64,000 bases of DNA from IMG/VR virus record IMGVR_UViG_3300022839_000006, positions 1-64,000 of that record; one strand, 5' to 3'. The notes beneath the pieces are model-generated. The model was not told the DNA's origin. It made no database searches and was given only the letters and a program-made list of their open reading frames with translations. The position numbers and the translations under genes are program-made. Positions 46,452 to 55,634 of the stretch are shown one piece after another. Each line of letters opens with the position of its first letter. Position 1 is the first letter of the stretch.

Positions 46452-46508
46452 ATGATTGAGTATACAGTTGAAGTTAGTGGCAGCGGTGCCATTGGAAGTT
46501 ATAATTGA
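46452..46508 (+). pseudogene. Truncated third paralog
   Basis: Same leader and start (aaggagaagtaagATGATTGAGTATACAGTT), then stops after 18 codons. Confidence 0.6.
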
Positions 46509-46901
46509 TACCATGAAACAGGCGCATTTGACGTAGAGGGCACAAATTAATTCGTTTCGCATGCCGATTATGCTTGTGGTCTGTGTCGCGTCACGCTATA
46601 AGTAATGCATAGCAAAGAAGCACACACCGGAGAATGACAATGACAAACCCAGCACACACAAAAGAGCAGATCGCAGCAGCAGCCGATTGTGAAAAAACAT
46701 TCTTGCGCTTGATGAAAAAAGCAGGAAAGCCGGTGCGCAAATGAGCGCCGCACAGGACTACATCAACGATGCCCAAAACCGAATGGAAAGGTTGCATCGT
46801 ATCTCGGAAATGTACGCAGGCACGGAACGAGCGTTTGCGGCCATCCGATGTATTGAAAAGCGAAAAGCGCGAATGGAACCCACTACCACAGGAGACAGAA
46901 A

Positions 46902-47459
46902 ATGAGTGACATCCCAAACAGCCGCCGCAGTCCGATGGAGCACGAACGGGACATGCCGGACGCGCCGACGAACCGCATTGGGCTGCATGCGGACATAATT
47001 AACATCCCGATTAAAGAGATCAACGGCCCGTTTTACGGACAGTGCGAGTTGGCATACAAGAATGGCCACCGCGATGCGCGACACGCGGCGGCTGAATTGG
47101 CGCTATCGTTTGAACGCGAAGCCACCGCCGCGCAGGCCGAGATTGCTAGGCTGCGGGAAACTAACCGCTCACTTAACCGCAGAACGCAACAAGCCGAGAG
47201 TGTCGCATACAACAACGCGGGTCGATGGAAGCGAAAGCTAGAACGAGTGAAGGCATTTGCTGATCATATGCTTACCACCAACATGCGAGTCAATAAGCGG
47301 GAACGCGAGGCAAAGGCTGAGGTTGCCGCACTGCGCAAGCGAGTGCAGGCGGCGGATGCAATGGCGGATTCGTGCGAAACATACTTCGAAAGCGCATGTG
47401 ACATGACCTTTGTACTTGAAAAGCTAAAAGCCTACTGCGACACGGACGCCAAGCCATGA
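46902..47459 (+). CDS. Hypothetical coiled-coil protein in a GC-rich patch
   Basis: RBS aggag; YKNGHRDARHAAAELA motif typical of alphaproteobacterial phage proteins. Confidence 0.55.
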   Translation: MSDIPNSRRSPMEHERDMPDAPTNRIGLHADIINIPIKEINGPFYGQCELAYKNGHRDARHAAAELALSFEREATAAQAEIARLRETNRSLNRRTQQAESVAYNNAGRWKRKLERVKAFADHMLTTNMRVNKREREAKAEVAALRKRVQAADAMADSCETYFESACDMTFVLEKLKAYCDTDAKP

Positions 47460-47607
47460 CCGCAGCAGAGCGCAACCGCCGCAAGCGCCGCAGGGTTTAA
47501 AGCGCTACCTGCGGGGTGGATGCCAGTGGTGTACGCTGCAAAGGTCGAGGCATACGCCACTGGGGCGACCGAAGGCAAAATCGAACAATTCATAAGGGAA
47601 AAAAGAC

Positions 47608-47856
47608 ATGGCCAAATATTTAACCGACGAACAACTTTCCGAAATGGTGCGCCCAGCGACTGAGGCCGTTCCGACAGGTTCGCGATGGCGGCACAGCAAA
47701 AGCGGCGGTGTCTACATCGCGATGCAAGTTGCTCTGTCTGAGGGCGGGCATGAACCTGTTGTTATTTACCGTGAGGATCGCAAGGACGCACCTATTTGGG
47801 TGCGCGTGGCACGTGACTTCTTGGACGGGCGTTTTATTCGCGCTGACCTTACTTAA
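47608..47856 (+). CDS. DUF1653-like protein
   Basis: WRHSKSGGVY...ALSE...PVVIYR......WVR...DFLDGRF. Confidence 0.75.
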   Translation: MAKYLTDEQLSEMVRPATEAVPTGSRWRHSKSGGVYIAMQVALSEGGHEPVVIYREDRKDAPIWVRVARDFLDGRFIRADLT

Positions 47857-48134
47857 TAGGAGCAAGCGCAGCCAATGACTTGCCGCTGGGGCGATTAATT
47901 TAATAATGGAGTATGACAGAATGCAGCACACACTACAGACTGACCTTAACCACGAGATTAACGATCTCATCGAGGAGTGGATTGCCGAAAACCCCGATGC
48001 GACAGTGGCCACAGTTGAAAACGCGATTGTTGACGCCGGTAATGACTATTCTGCCCGTGTGTACCAGAAGTTGACGACGTGAACAGACACCTCTTCGTGC
48101 CGGGTATTACCACAGTCTAATACAAGGAGCAAGT

Positions 48135-48530
48135 GTGAGACTTGCATTTTGTGACGTCGAAACTAATGCTATTGATAACCCAGATAGTATTTGGCTCGTT
48201 GGTGGCAAGATGGCGTGTACTGGTGAGGCATTCAAGTTCGATAATATCCACACTGACTTGGTTGCCCGTAAGGCAGCTACACAGTGGCATCTATCACTAG
48301 ATAAGATGGTTGGTCATAACTTCATTTCGTATGGTCTTCCCCTCTTAAACAAGTGGCTAGACACCAAGCTGGACCCTCAGAAGGTCCTTGATACCCTTGT
48401 CCTATCACGTACCATCAACTTCAACATCGAGACGCCACACCACCAGGCTAAATTCAGGCACACTATTTTAAGGGCTACATTTGCCATGATCCATCAACAA
48501 AATGCTCTTAGATGTGCAAATAACACTTGA
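48135..48530 (+). pseudogene. N-terminal 3'-5' exonuclease fragment of a T7-like family A DNA polymerase
   Basis: ExoI CDVET; ExoII VGHNFISYGLP (Asp changed to Gly); LDTLVLSR; homology ends after about 100 aa. Confidence 0.7.
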
Positions 48531-48586
48531 CATGTAGATGCGAATAACATAAAAAGGTGTTATCAACAAAGCATAGGATATGCAAA

Positions 48587-49396
48587 ATGACAGATGTGAT
48601 TGAAATTCAAAAAACAGATGCTCGTACCAAGATGCTTCAACGTGTTCTGAATCTGCGAGCAAGAGCAGAAGATTCTGGTTCGTCCGAAGCAGAAATGAAC
48701 ACAGCATTTGTTATGTGTGAGAAGCTAATGGATTCGTACAACATCGAGGAAGCAGAGCTCGCGATTGCAGAGGCCTCAGGCGAAATCAAGCTAGATGTGA
48801 TCACAAAAGAAGTTGACACTTCCATTCGCAAAGGCAAGAAACAGCTTCACAAAGTCCTCAACTGTCTAACTGGAATTGCAGCCTTCACTGAGACGCAAGC
48901 GGTATATTCTAAATGGGCAGGAACAGCGACGTTCACAGGTCACCGTCCAGATGTTGCGCTTGCAGATTTTCTTGTTGCGGTGATTAAAGAGGCCCTTGAC
49001 CGCGAGTACGATTCATATCGGCGGAATACACCTGCAGTAGGATATGGAGCAAAAACATCGTTTACCAACGCCATGTCATACCGTGTCAATTGTCGACTTA
49101 AAGAAATGGTAGCAGAGCGCACTGCGACTCGCGAATCAAATAAAGTAAAAGCAAAACAGCAGATGATCGAGAACGAGGCAACAGCAACATCTACAGCACT
49201 TGTAGTCTCAGAGATTGCGGAACAAAAAGCAAAAGAAGTTTCGTCTGAATTCGCTAAAGCACATCCCCGAGTCCGTTCTGTGTATACGCACTCCCGCTCA
49301 TCAAACGGCACTGCACATGGTGCAGGTCGAACAGCAGGTGATAGGGTCAATCTGGGCCGTGCAATTGGTCAAGGGACAACAAAGTCTCTTGCATAA
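48587..49396 (+). CDS. DUF2786-domain protein
   Basis: KMLQRVLNLRARAED..SSEAE...A....EKLM..YNI; C-terminal AHGAGRTAG.RVNL. Confidence 0.75.
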   Translation: MTDVIEIQKTDARTKMLQRVLNLRARAEDSGSSEAEMNTAFVMCEKLMDSYNIEEAELAIAEASGEIKLDVITKEVDTSIRKGKKQLHKVLNCLTGIAAFTETQAVYSKWAGTATFTGHRPDVALADFLVAVIKEALDREYDSYRRNTPAVGYGAKTSFTNAMSYRVNCRLKEMVAERTATRESNKVKAKQQMIENEATATSTALVVSEIAEQKAKEVSSEFAKAHPRVRSVYTHSRSSNGTAHGAGRTAGDRVNLGRAIGQGTTKSLA

Positions 49397-49398
49397 GG

Positions 49399-49427
49399 TT
49401 GACACCAAACGGTAGGTGATGTATAGC
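49399..49427 (+). promoter_or_regulatory. Sigma70-type early promoter
   Basis: TTGACA-17 nt-TATAGC. Confidence 0.7.
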
Positions 49428-49457
49428 TTGTAGTGTAGAAGCGGTGGAGAAATTGAC

Positions 49458-49907
49458 ATGCTACATACGATTGATTCGACAGGTTGGGACACACTCACAT
49501 CTTGGTGTGTCCCAACCGCGATCAGTTTTCTTTCTGGGATTCCTCTGATCCATTCTCACTCTCGTGCCGCGTTTATTCAAGACAAGGCCTTGAAAGAGGT
49601 TAAGGGCGTGTACGCTGCAGAGGCGCTGTTGATGCTCAGAGAACAGGGATATAAAGGCGAGAGGGTCGATCTCAGCAGCCGATACAATGATGCCCCCAGG
49701 CTCAAGAAATTTCTCGAAGGTCGTACATCATGGGAGAAGGGCATGCCTCTCATGATTCAAGTTGAGGATTCCAAAGATTTCTGCCATATGATTGCAAGTC
49801 ATTATGGATATGCCGCTGACAATCATACAATGAAGCCTGTTGCAATTGACAAATTCCCTCACCTTAACAAATATGTGACATCAGCTTGGGTTGTGTCAAA
49901 ACTTTAA
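49458..49907 (+). CDS. Early hypothetical protein
   Basis: Follows the promoter and RBS ggag. Confidence 0.6.
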   Translation: MLHTIDSTGWDTLTSWCVPTAISFLSGIPLIHSHSRAAFIQDKALKEVKGVYAAEALLMLREQGYKGERVDLSSRYNDAPRLKKFLEGRTSWEKGMPLMIQVEDSKDFCHMIASHYGYAADNHTMKPVAIDKFPHLNKYVTSAWVVSKL

Positions 49908-49918
49908 TGGAGAATAAT

Positions 49919-50092
49919 ATGAAACTACTTTTAGGACTACTGTTTGTTCTTATGGTTACGTTCGTGCCGTTTGTACTGATCTGGGCAGTGAACATTCTAT
50001 TTCCGATTGCTGCCATCCCGTTTACATTAGAGACTTGGTTGGCTGCATTTGTGATCGGCTCTCTGTTTACTAAAACCACTTACACGAAATGA
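49919..50092 (+). CDS. Small membrane protein
   Basis: Two hydrophobic segments; RBS ggag. Confidence 0.55.
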   Translation: MKLLLGLLFVLMVTFVPFVLIWAVNILFPIAAIPFTLETWLAAFVIGSLFTKTTYTK

Positions 50093-50343
50093 TGGAGAAC
50101 ACTGTGAATGGACACAAATTGGACGGCAATGCGATAGCTGTAGATGCGTATTACAATCAAAATATAGTGACAGACAATGCAATGAACATTCTTGAAGCGT
50201 TGTCAAATTCGGAGTTTGAAGATATTGCACAGGAGCTGTCTGATTGTGACGACAATTTTGATTATGCTGCACCAGAAGATGCAGTACTTGATTATATCGT
50301 TGCCAATATTGGGTTGTTTAACCCAGACCTCGAAGAAAGATGA
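50089..50343 (+). CDS. Small acidic protein
   Basis: ATGA overlap with the previous gene. Confidence 0.45.
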   Translation: MMENTVNGHKLDGNAIAVDAYYNQNIVTDNAMNILEALSNSEFEDIAQELSDCDDNFDYAAPEDAVLDYIVANIGLFNPDLEER

Positions 50344-50421
50344 ATCACATGGACAGCAAACCAACCGTAACGGAAGTAAAGCTAAGCGAAAATACAATTA
50401 CTGAGATGTTTACTGTACTAG

Positions 50422-50691
50422 GTGCACACGTTTCTGGAACCACGCCTCTTGATTATTTTGATCAATGGGGTGATGAGGATGAATAAAGTATTGGAGTTTC
50501 TAAAACTGTGGATGTCATCTGTTGCTGTCATAACTGCCATAATCCTGGTGCTCCTTATCTTCATTTCAATAGTAGTGTGGAGCTTTCCTATAGCAAATCC
50601 GTTCACCTGGTTGTTGCTGCGACTCGTCCTATCAATTGGTTTTATTTTTGCATGTATCCTCACACTTTTCGACATTTTTGAGGGATTGTAG
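50422..50691 (+). CDS. Small membrane protein
   Basis: Two TM segments. Confidence 0.45.
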   Translation: MHTFLEPRLLIILINGVMRMNKVLEFLKLWMSSVAVITAIILVLLIFISIVVWSFPIANPFTWLLLRLVLSIGFIFACILTLFDIFEGL

Positions 50692-50747
50692 TTCACATTA
50701 CACGTCTAGTCAGCTATGTTGTATGAGCAGCAACCTGCGTTTTAATT

Positions 50748-52766
50748 ATGAAAACAATGAGGAACTTAATGACAAACTTTTTAATCTTTTCGAGGCTTGT
50801 ACGTGACCAATTCGATAAAATGTCGGAGGGTGAACTACACGTCACAGACATCTCCACAGACGTTCTGTGGGACACGTACATGTCGTCGTTCCCAGAAGGA
50901 ACGGATCCGATGTACAAAGAACGGACCGAACACGATTGTAATTGCTGCAAGCAATTTATTCGTAACATCGCAAACGTGGTTTCTATTAAAGATCTAGCAG
51001 TCACAACTGTTTGGGACGTTGCGGTGCGTGACGCTCCATATCCATACAACAAAGTTGCACAAGCAATGTTTGAGATGGTACAGGCAAGTAATGTCCATAC
51101 GATTTTCCACAAGTCTGAATCGCATTATGGTCAAGAAACAAATTTTCAACAGCTTGAAGACAAACAGGTGATCGAGTGGCATCACTTCGAAGCTAAGTTG
51201 AAGCCAAGATTTGTGTCTGATGATGGTCCCACCTTGATCTCTGAAGCAAATTCGAACGCTCAGGTGTTCCGTCGTGGTCTTGACGAGCTAAGACTGTCGG
51301 CAGTCGAATCGGTTTTGGATCTGATCAATTCCAACAGCATTTATCGTGGTGAAGAATTCACATCAATCGTGTCTGAGTTCAAAAAACTGAAAGCTGCATA
51401 CAGCAAATTGAACTCTGACAATGCAAGAGCAACGTTCATCTGGGAAAACTTGTCCAGCTTTGCATCGCGTTTTCGCAACACTGCTATTGGAACTTTGGTT
51501 CAAGACCTATCCAACGATGTCGAACTGGAGTCGGCAGTCCGGATGTTCGAATCCAAAGTCGCGCCGGACAATTACAAACGGACGACATCACTCATTACAC
51601 CTAACATGATTAAAGATGCAATGAAGACGGTTGATGATTTGGGAATTGCAGACAGTCTACAGCGCCGCTTCGCAATCCTTGCTGATGTAAGTGTGAATGA
51701 TGTGCTTTTTGTCGATAATCAATCGCGAAGTCTGATGAAAGACAGTGGTCTCACTCAATTGCTTATGGAGGAGGTAAAACCAAAGCAGGTGTCGACAGAC
51801 CGTGCAACCAAGATCACCATTGAAGACTTCCTTGAGACTGTTCTCCCCCGTACAGAATCTGTAGAACTTCAGATGAAAAACACAATGTCAGGCAATTTGA
51901 TGAGTCTGACTGCTCCAATTAACGAAGATGCCCCCAAACTGTTTAAATGGAACAACGGTTTTTCATGGTCCTATAACGGCAATGTGGCCGACTCCATGAA
52001 AGAAAAGGTAAAGCGTGCAGGTGGCAATGTTGATGCCCAACTACGTGTAAGTCTCAATTGGTTCAATACGGACGACTTGGACATTCATGTAAGAGAGCCT
52101 GATGGTAACACCATCAACTTTAGTAACAAGTCTGGCAAACTTGATGTAGACATGAATGTTAGCCAGCCTGTTCGTGATGCTGTAGAAAATGTTCGCTGGC
52201 TGTCAAAGCCTGCAGACGGGACATATACTGTTTCGGTGAAGAATTACACAGTTCGCGAACGTGTAGATGTTGGCTTCAATCTTGAAGTAGAGTCGGATGG
52301 GATACTGTATGAATTCTCTTATGCTAAACCTGTCCATGGGATGGTGCAAACTATCGAAATTGATGTTCGAGACGGCAAAGTGATGAAAATCGAAAAGCTC
52401 GCTGGTGTAGTAGAAAACTCTTCGGCCAAGGACATCTGGAACCTCAAAACAGAAGCGTTCGTCAAAGTCAACACCATCGTTACAAGTCCAAACTACATGG
52501 AAGACGATGGTGTAGGGAACAAGCATTGGTTCTTTGTACTTGATCAGTGTGTAAACCCTGACGCAACACGCGGATTCTACAACGAGCAGCTCCGTGGCGA
52601 TCTTACAAAGCACCGAAAGGTATTCGAGATCCTTGCAGACAAATTAAAATGTGAGCACACGACGGATCAGATGAGCGGAGTGGGATTCTCGTCTACAAAG
52701 AAAGATGCTGTTGTCGTTCACGCTAAAGGTAGTACACTTAACCAACTATATGAAATCAACTTTTAA
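50748..52766 (+). CDS. Large conserved phage protein of unknown function
   Basis: HDCNCCKQFIRN, FRNTAIGTL, LQRRFA, LFKWNNGFSWSYNG, DDLDIHV.EP, NKHWFFVL, RGFYNE. Confidence 0.8.
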   Translation: MKTMRNLMTNFLIFSRLVRDQFDKMSEGELHVTDISTDVLWDTYMSSFPEGTDPMYKERTEHDCNCCKQFIRNIANVVSIKDLAVTTVWDVAVRDAPYPYNKVAQAMFEMVQASNVHTIFHKSESHYGQETNFQQLEDKQVIEWHHFEAKLKPRFVSDDGPTLISEANSNAQVFRRGLDELRLSAVESVLDLINSNSIYRGEEFTSIVSEFKKLKAAYSKLNSDNARATFIWENLSSFASRFRNTAIGTLVQDLSNDVELESAVRMFESKVAPDNYKRTTSLITPNMIKDAMKTVDDLGIADSLQRRFAILADVSVNDVLFVDNQSRSLMKDSGLTQLLMEEVKPKQVSTDRATKITIEDFLETVLPRTESVELQMKNTMSGNLMSLTAPINEDAPKLFKWNNGFSWSYNGNVADSMKEKVKRAGGNVDAQLRVSLNWFNTDDLDIHVREPDGNTINFSNKSGKLDVDMNVSQPVRDAVENVRWLSKPADGTYTVSVKNYTVRERVDVGFNLEVESDGILYEFSYAKPVHGMVQTIEIDVRDGKVMKIEKLAGVVENSSAKDIWNLKTEAFVKVNTIVTSPNYMEDDGVGNKHWFFVLDQCVNPDATRGFYNEQLRGDLTKHRKVFEILADKLKCEHTTDQMSGVGFSSTKKDAVVVHAKGSTLNQLYEINF

Positions 52767-52777
52767 GGATAAAAAAT

Positions 52778-53176
52778 ATGAATATGTTTGAACGTGCAAC
52801 ACGTAGTAAATATACTTTTGCGACAAGTGTTGGCCTCATCGGTGTAACAGATCTTTGGGACCTGCCACTGACCTCACAGCGTGGTGCAAACCTGAACGAC
52901 GTAGCGAAAGAAATCAATCGTGTTTTGAAATCGCAAGACGAAGATGACTTTGTGTCCATGTCTATCAATGTGAAAAAGACACAAAACGAGTTCAAGCTCG
53001 AACTGGTTAAGTACATCATCTCCGTAAAGCAGGCAGAGAATTCAGCAAGCCTCGAGAAAAAGACCAATGCAATGCGCAAAGAGAAGTTACTTGCGTTGTT
53101 GGCTAAGAAAAACGACGATGCTCTTGAAAGCAAAACCATCGAAGAAATTCAACGGGAAATCGAAGCTCTGGCATAA
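52778..53176 (+). CDS. Conserved partner protein of ORF 50748
   Basis: MFERATRSKYTF...TDLWDLPL...LNDVA...EDDFV...KLELVKYII..K. Confidence 0.8.
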   Translation: MNMFERATRSKYTFATSVGLIGVTDLWDLPLTSQRGANLNDVAKEINRVLKSQDEDDFVSMSINVKKTQNEFKLELVKYIISVKQAENSASLEKKTNAMRKEKLLALLAKKNDDALESKTIEEIQREIEALA

Positions 53177-53259
53177 GAAAAAGAGTGGTGATGGCAAACA
53201 CTATCACCACTCCATCTACTGACACGCTTTCCACACAAAAAACAAATCGGAGAAAAGTA

Positions 53260-53553
53260 ATGGAAGATCAAACACAAAACGTCGAAGATTGCTCGGGACA
53301 GAGCGAGTACGCCACTGAAGAGGATGCGCGCGCTGATCTGATCAATACCAACGCAGGAACTGTCCTCGAGGAGATTATGAACTTGCTCGAAAACGGCACA
53401 TTGGACGAAGATACACTTTTGGCTGACACCTATGGGAGAATGGCTGCTCTTGAAATGATTGGGTTTTCTACTCTTGAATTGGCAGAATCTGCTATGGAAA
53501 CATCAGAATTTATGATTGATGTAAATAGCGAACCTGTTGATGGGGAGGAATGA
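53260..53553 (+). CDS. Small acidic protein
   Basis: RBS ggag; resembles the next ORF (LLADTYGRM / FLSETYARV). Confidence 0.55.
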   Translation: MEDQTQNVEDCSGQSEYATEEDARADLINTNAGTVLEEIMNLLENGTLDEDTLLADTYGRMAALEMIGFSTLELAESAMETSEFMIDVNSEPVDGEE

Positions 53554-53557
53554 AAAC

Positions 53558-53791
53558 ATGACCAAAGAATTGCAGAAGCCTGAGACGTTTGTCACTCAGA
53601 TGGTGATGGATATCCTCGCGCGGATTGACAGCGGATCCTTAGATCATGCTACATTTTTGTCTGAGACATACGCACGTGTGGTGTGTGCGGAGATCTTAGG
53701 ATATTCGACAGACAGCATGCAGACAGATGCAAAAATGGCTGCCAAGGAACTAAGTGACATCGCCTACGAAAAAGAGCCGAAAGATTTCTGA
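53558..53791 (+). CDS. Small acidic protein, likely paralog of the previous ORF
   Basis: RBS ggagga; GSLDHATFLSETYARV..AEILGYS aligns with GTLDEDTLLADTYGRM..LEMIGFS. Confidence 0.55.
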   Translation: MTKELQKPETFVTQMVMDILARIDSGSLDHATFLSETYARVVCAEILGYSTDSMQTDAKMAAKELSDIAYEKEPKDF

Positions 53792-53839
53792 TTTGATGTG
53801 GTATAATCACAATTGATAAAGTAATTATGTGTGTAACAC

Positions 53840-53871
53840 AACACACCTCTACTTATAAGTAGAGGTGTGTT
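53840..53871. other. Perfect 32-bp palindrome upstream of dda
   Basis: aacacacctctacttataagtagaggtgtgtt. Confidence 0.85.
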
Positions 53872-53898
53872 CAAACTGAAAAAATGTGAAAGAGTATT

Positions 53899-55014
53899 AT
53901 GTGGAATGATCAACAAAAAGCAGCGCTCGTTGATGTAAATAGGTGGTTCATGGAATACAAATCGGCCCCAAATAAAAGATCAGTAAAACCTTGGTTTTCT
54001 CTGCAAGGTTTTGCGGGAACGGGAAAAACGACACTGGCAAGGCACTTTGCTGAAGGGATTGATACGCCTGTTTTCGCAGCCTTTACAGGGAAAGCAGCTC
54101 TTGTCATGCGTAAAGCAGGGTGTGAAGGTGCGAGGACAATACACAGTCTGATCTACATTGCAGAACAGCATAAGACGACAGGTGCACTCACGTTCAGGCT
54201 AAACAAGCAGAGTGCGTTGGCTGATGCGGACCTGTTAATCATTGACGAATGTTCGATGGTCAACGAGGAGATTGGCAAGGATCTGCTGTCTTTTGGAGTT
54301 CCGATTCTTGTTCTCGGCGATCCAGAGCAGTTGCCTCCTGTCGATGGAGCAGGCTTCTTCACATCACGTAAACCTGATGTTATGTTGACAGAGATCCACA
54401 GGCAGGCTAAGGACAGTCCTATTATTCATCTTGCTACAATTGCAAGGTCAGGGCAGATGCCTGACATCGGAACATATGGCGATTGCAGAGTCGTCTCAAA
54501 GATCTCGTCCTCTGATGCACTTGATGCTGATCAGATCCTTGTTGGGCGAAATGTTACACGAGAAGATTTGAATCGCAAGATGAGAAAAATGTTGAAGTTT
54601 ACGTCTGACATGCCTTCTGCTAAAGAAAAACTGATCTGCCTAAAAAATGATCGCGATCTTGCCATTTTCAACGGTGGAATGTTTACAGTGCTCGAGCCAA
54701 TTCAGAACAAATACAAGACCCAATTCAGCTCCTATATGGTGAATTCAGAGGACGATGAGGATCGTCAGCCATTCACTATCAAAGTCCACAACAGTTTCTT
54801 CGTATCAGACGTCCCTGTACCAAACTGGAAACTACTCAAAGGATCGCAAAGTATGGACTACGCATACTGCATTACGACACACAGAGCTCAAGGTAGCCAA
54901 TGGGGCAACGTCCTTGTGTATGGGTCTGAATCGTACGTGTTTCGTGACGATCAATACAGATGGCTTTACACAGGGATTACACGTGCACAAGAAAAATTAA
55001 CTCTTGTGGTGTGA
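53899..55014 (+). CDS. dda: Dda/RecD-like SF1 DNA helicase
   Basis: GFAGTGKT, AAFTGKAA, TIHSLIY, IIDECSMV, GDPEQLPPV, LTEIHRQA, CITTHRAQGSQW, WLYTGITRA. Confidence 0.9.
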   Translation: MWNDQQKAALVDVNRWFMEYKSAPNKRSVKPWFSLQGFAGTGKTTLARHFAEGIDTPVFAAFTGKAALVMRKAGCEGARTIHSLIYIAEQHKTTGALTFRLNKQSALADADLLIIDECSMVNEEIGKDLLSFGVPILVLGDPEQLPPVDGAGFFTSRKPDVMLTEIHRQAKDSPIIHLATIARSGQMPDIGTYGDCRVVSKISSSDALDADQILVGRNVTREDLNRKMRKMLKFTSDMPSAKEKLICLKNDRDLAIFNGGMFTVLEPIQNKYKTQFSSYMVNSEDDEDRQPFTIKVHNSFFVSDVPVPNWKLLKGSQSMDYAYCITTHRAQGSQWGNVLVYGSESYVFRDDQYRWLYTGITRAQEKLTLVV

Positions 55015-55058
55015 AAGACAATAATGTAAAATGTTTTGAACACAGACAAGGAGAGATT

Positions 55059-55634
55059 ATGAGCAGGGACATTTGGTTCTTCAGCGACCACCATTTTGGA
55101 CAATCGAGTATTTTGAAGTTTACCGACAAGGACGGAAATCTTGTTCGTCCTGGCTTTGCTGATGTCGCTGAGATGGACAACTACATGATTGAAATGTGGA
55201 ACGCATCGATCAAACCAGGCGATATTGTATATCATCTTGGAGACATTGCATTTGACAAGCAAAAGTTCACTGATTCAATATTGAATCAGTTACAGGGAAG
55301 GATTCGATTGGTAGTCGGCAACCATGATGATATTAAGTTGATGTCATCGTTGCCTAAAATTCAAAAGATTTTAGAGAGTCGAAGGTTTGATGATCATATG
55401 TTCATTGCCAGTCATAGACCATTGCACCCTCACAATCTGTGGAACCATAGAAAGATGTGCCCGTTGATTAATCTGGTCGGACACATTCACAGTAACGATC
55501 CTCCACCTGACCAATACATAAACGTCTGTGTTGAGAGGACAGGATACAAGCCAATACACATCGACGACATTGCACAACAAGCACATATAATGATTCAAAA
55601 TTTAGAGGAGGCATACAATGAGCAAATTACCTAA
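55059..55634 (+). CDS. Calcineurin-like phosphoesterase
   Basis: FSDHHFG, YHLGDI, GNHD, SHRP, GHIH. Confidence 0.88.
   Translation: MSRDIWFFSDHHFGQSSILKFTDKDGNLVRPGFADVAEMDNYMIEMWNASIKPGDIVYHLGDIAFDKQKFTDSILNQLQGRIRLVVGNHDDIKLMSSLPKIQKILESRRFDDHMFIASHRPLHPHNLWNHRKMCPLINLVGHIHSNDPPPDQYINVCVERTGYKPIHIDDIAQQAHIMIQNLEEAYNEQIT

Noticed and set aside
48135-48530. Functional phage DNA polymerase
   Set aside because: Only the start of the exonuclease domain is present, with a catalytic Asp lost; recorded as a pseudogene
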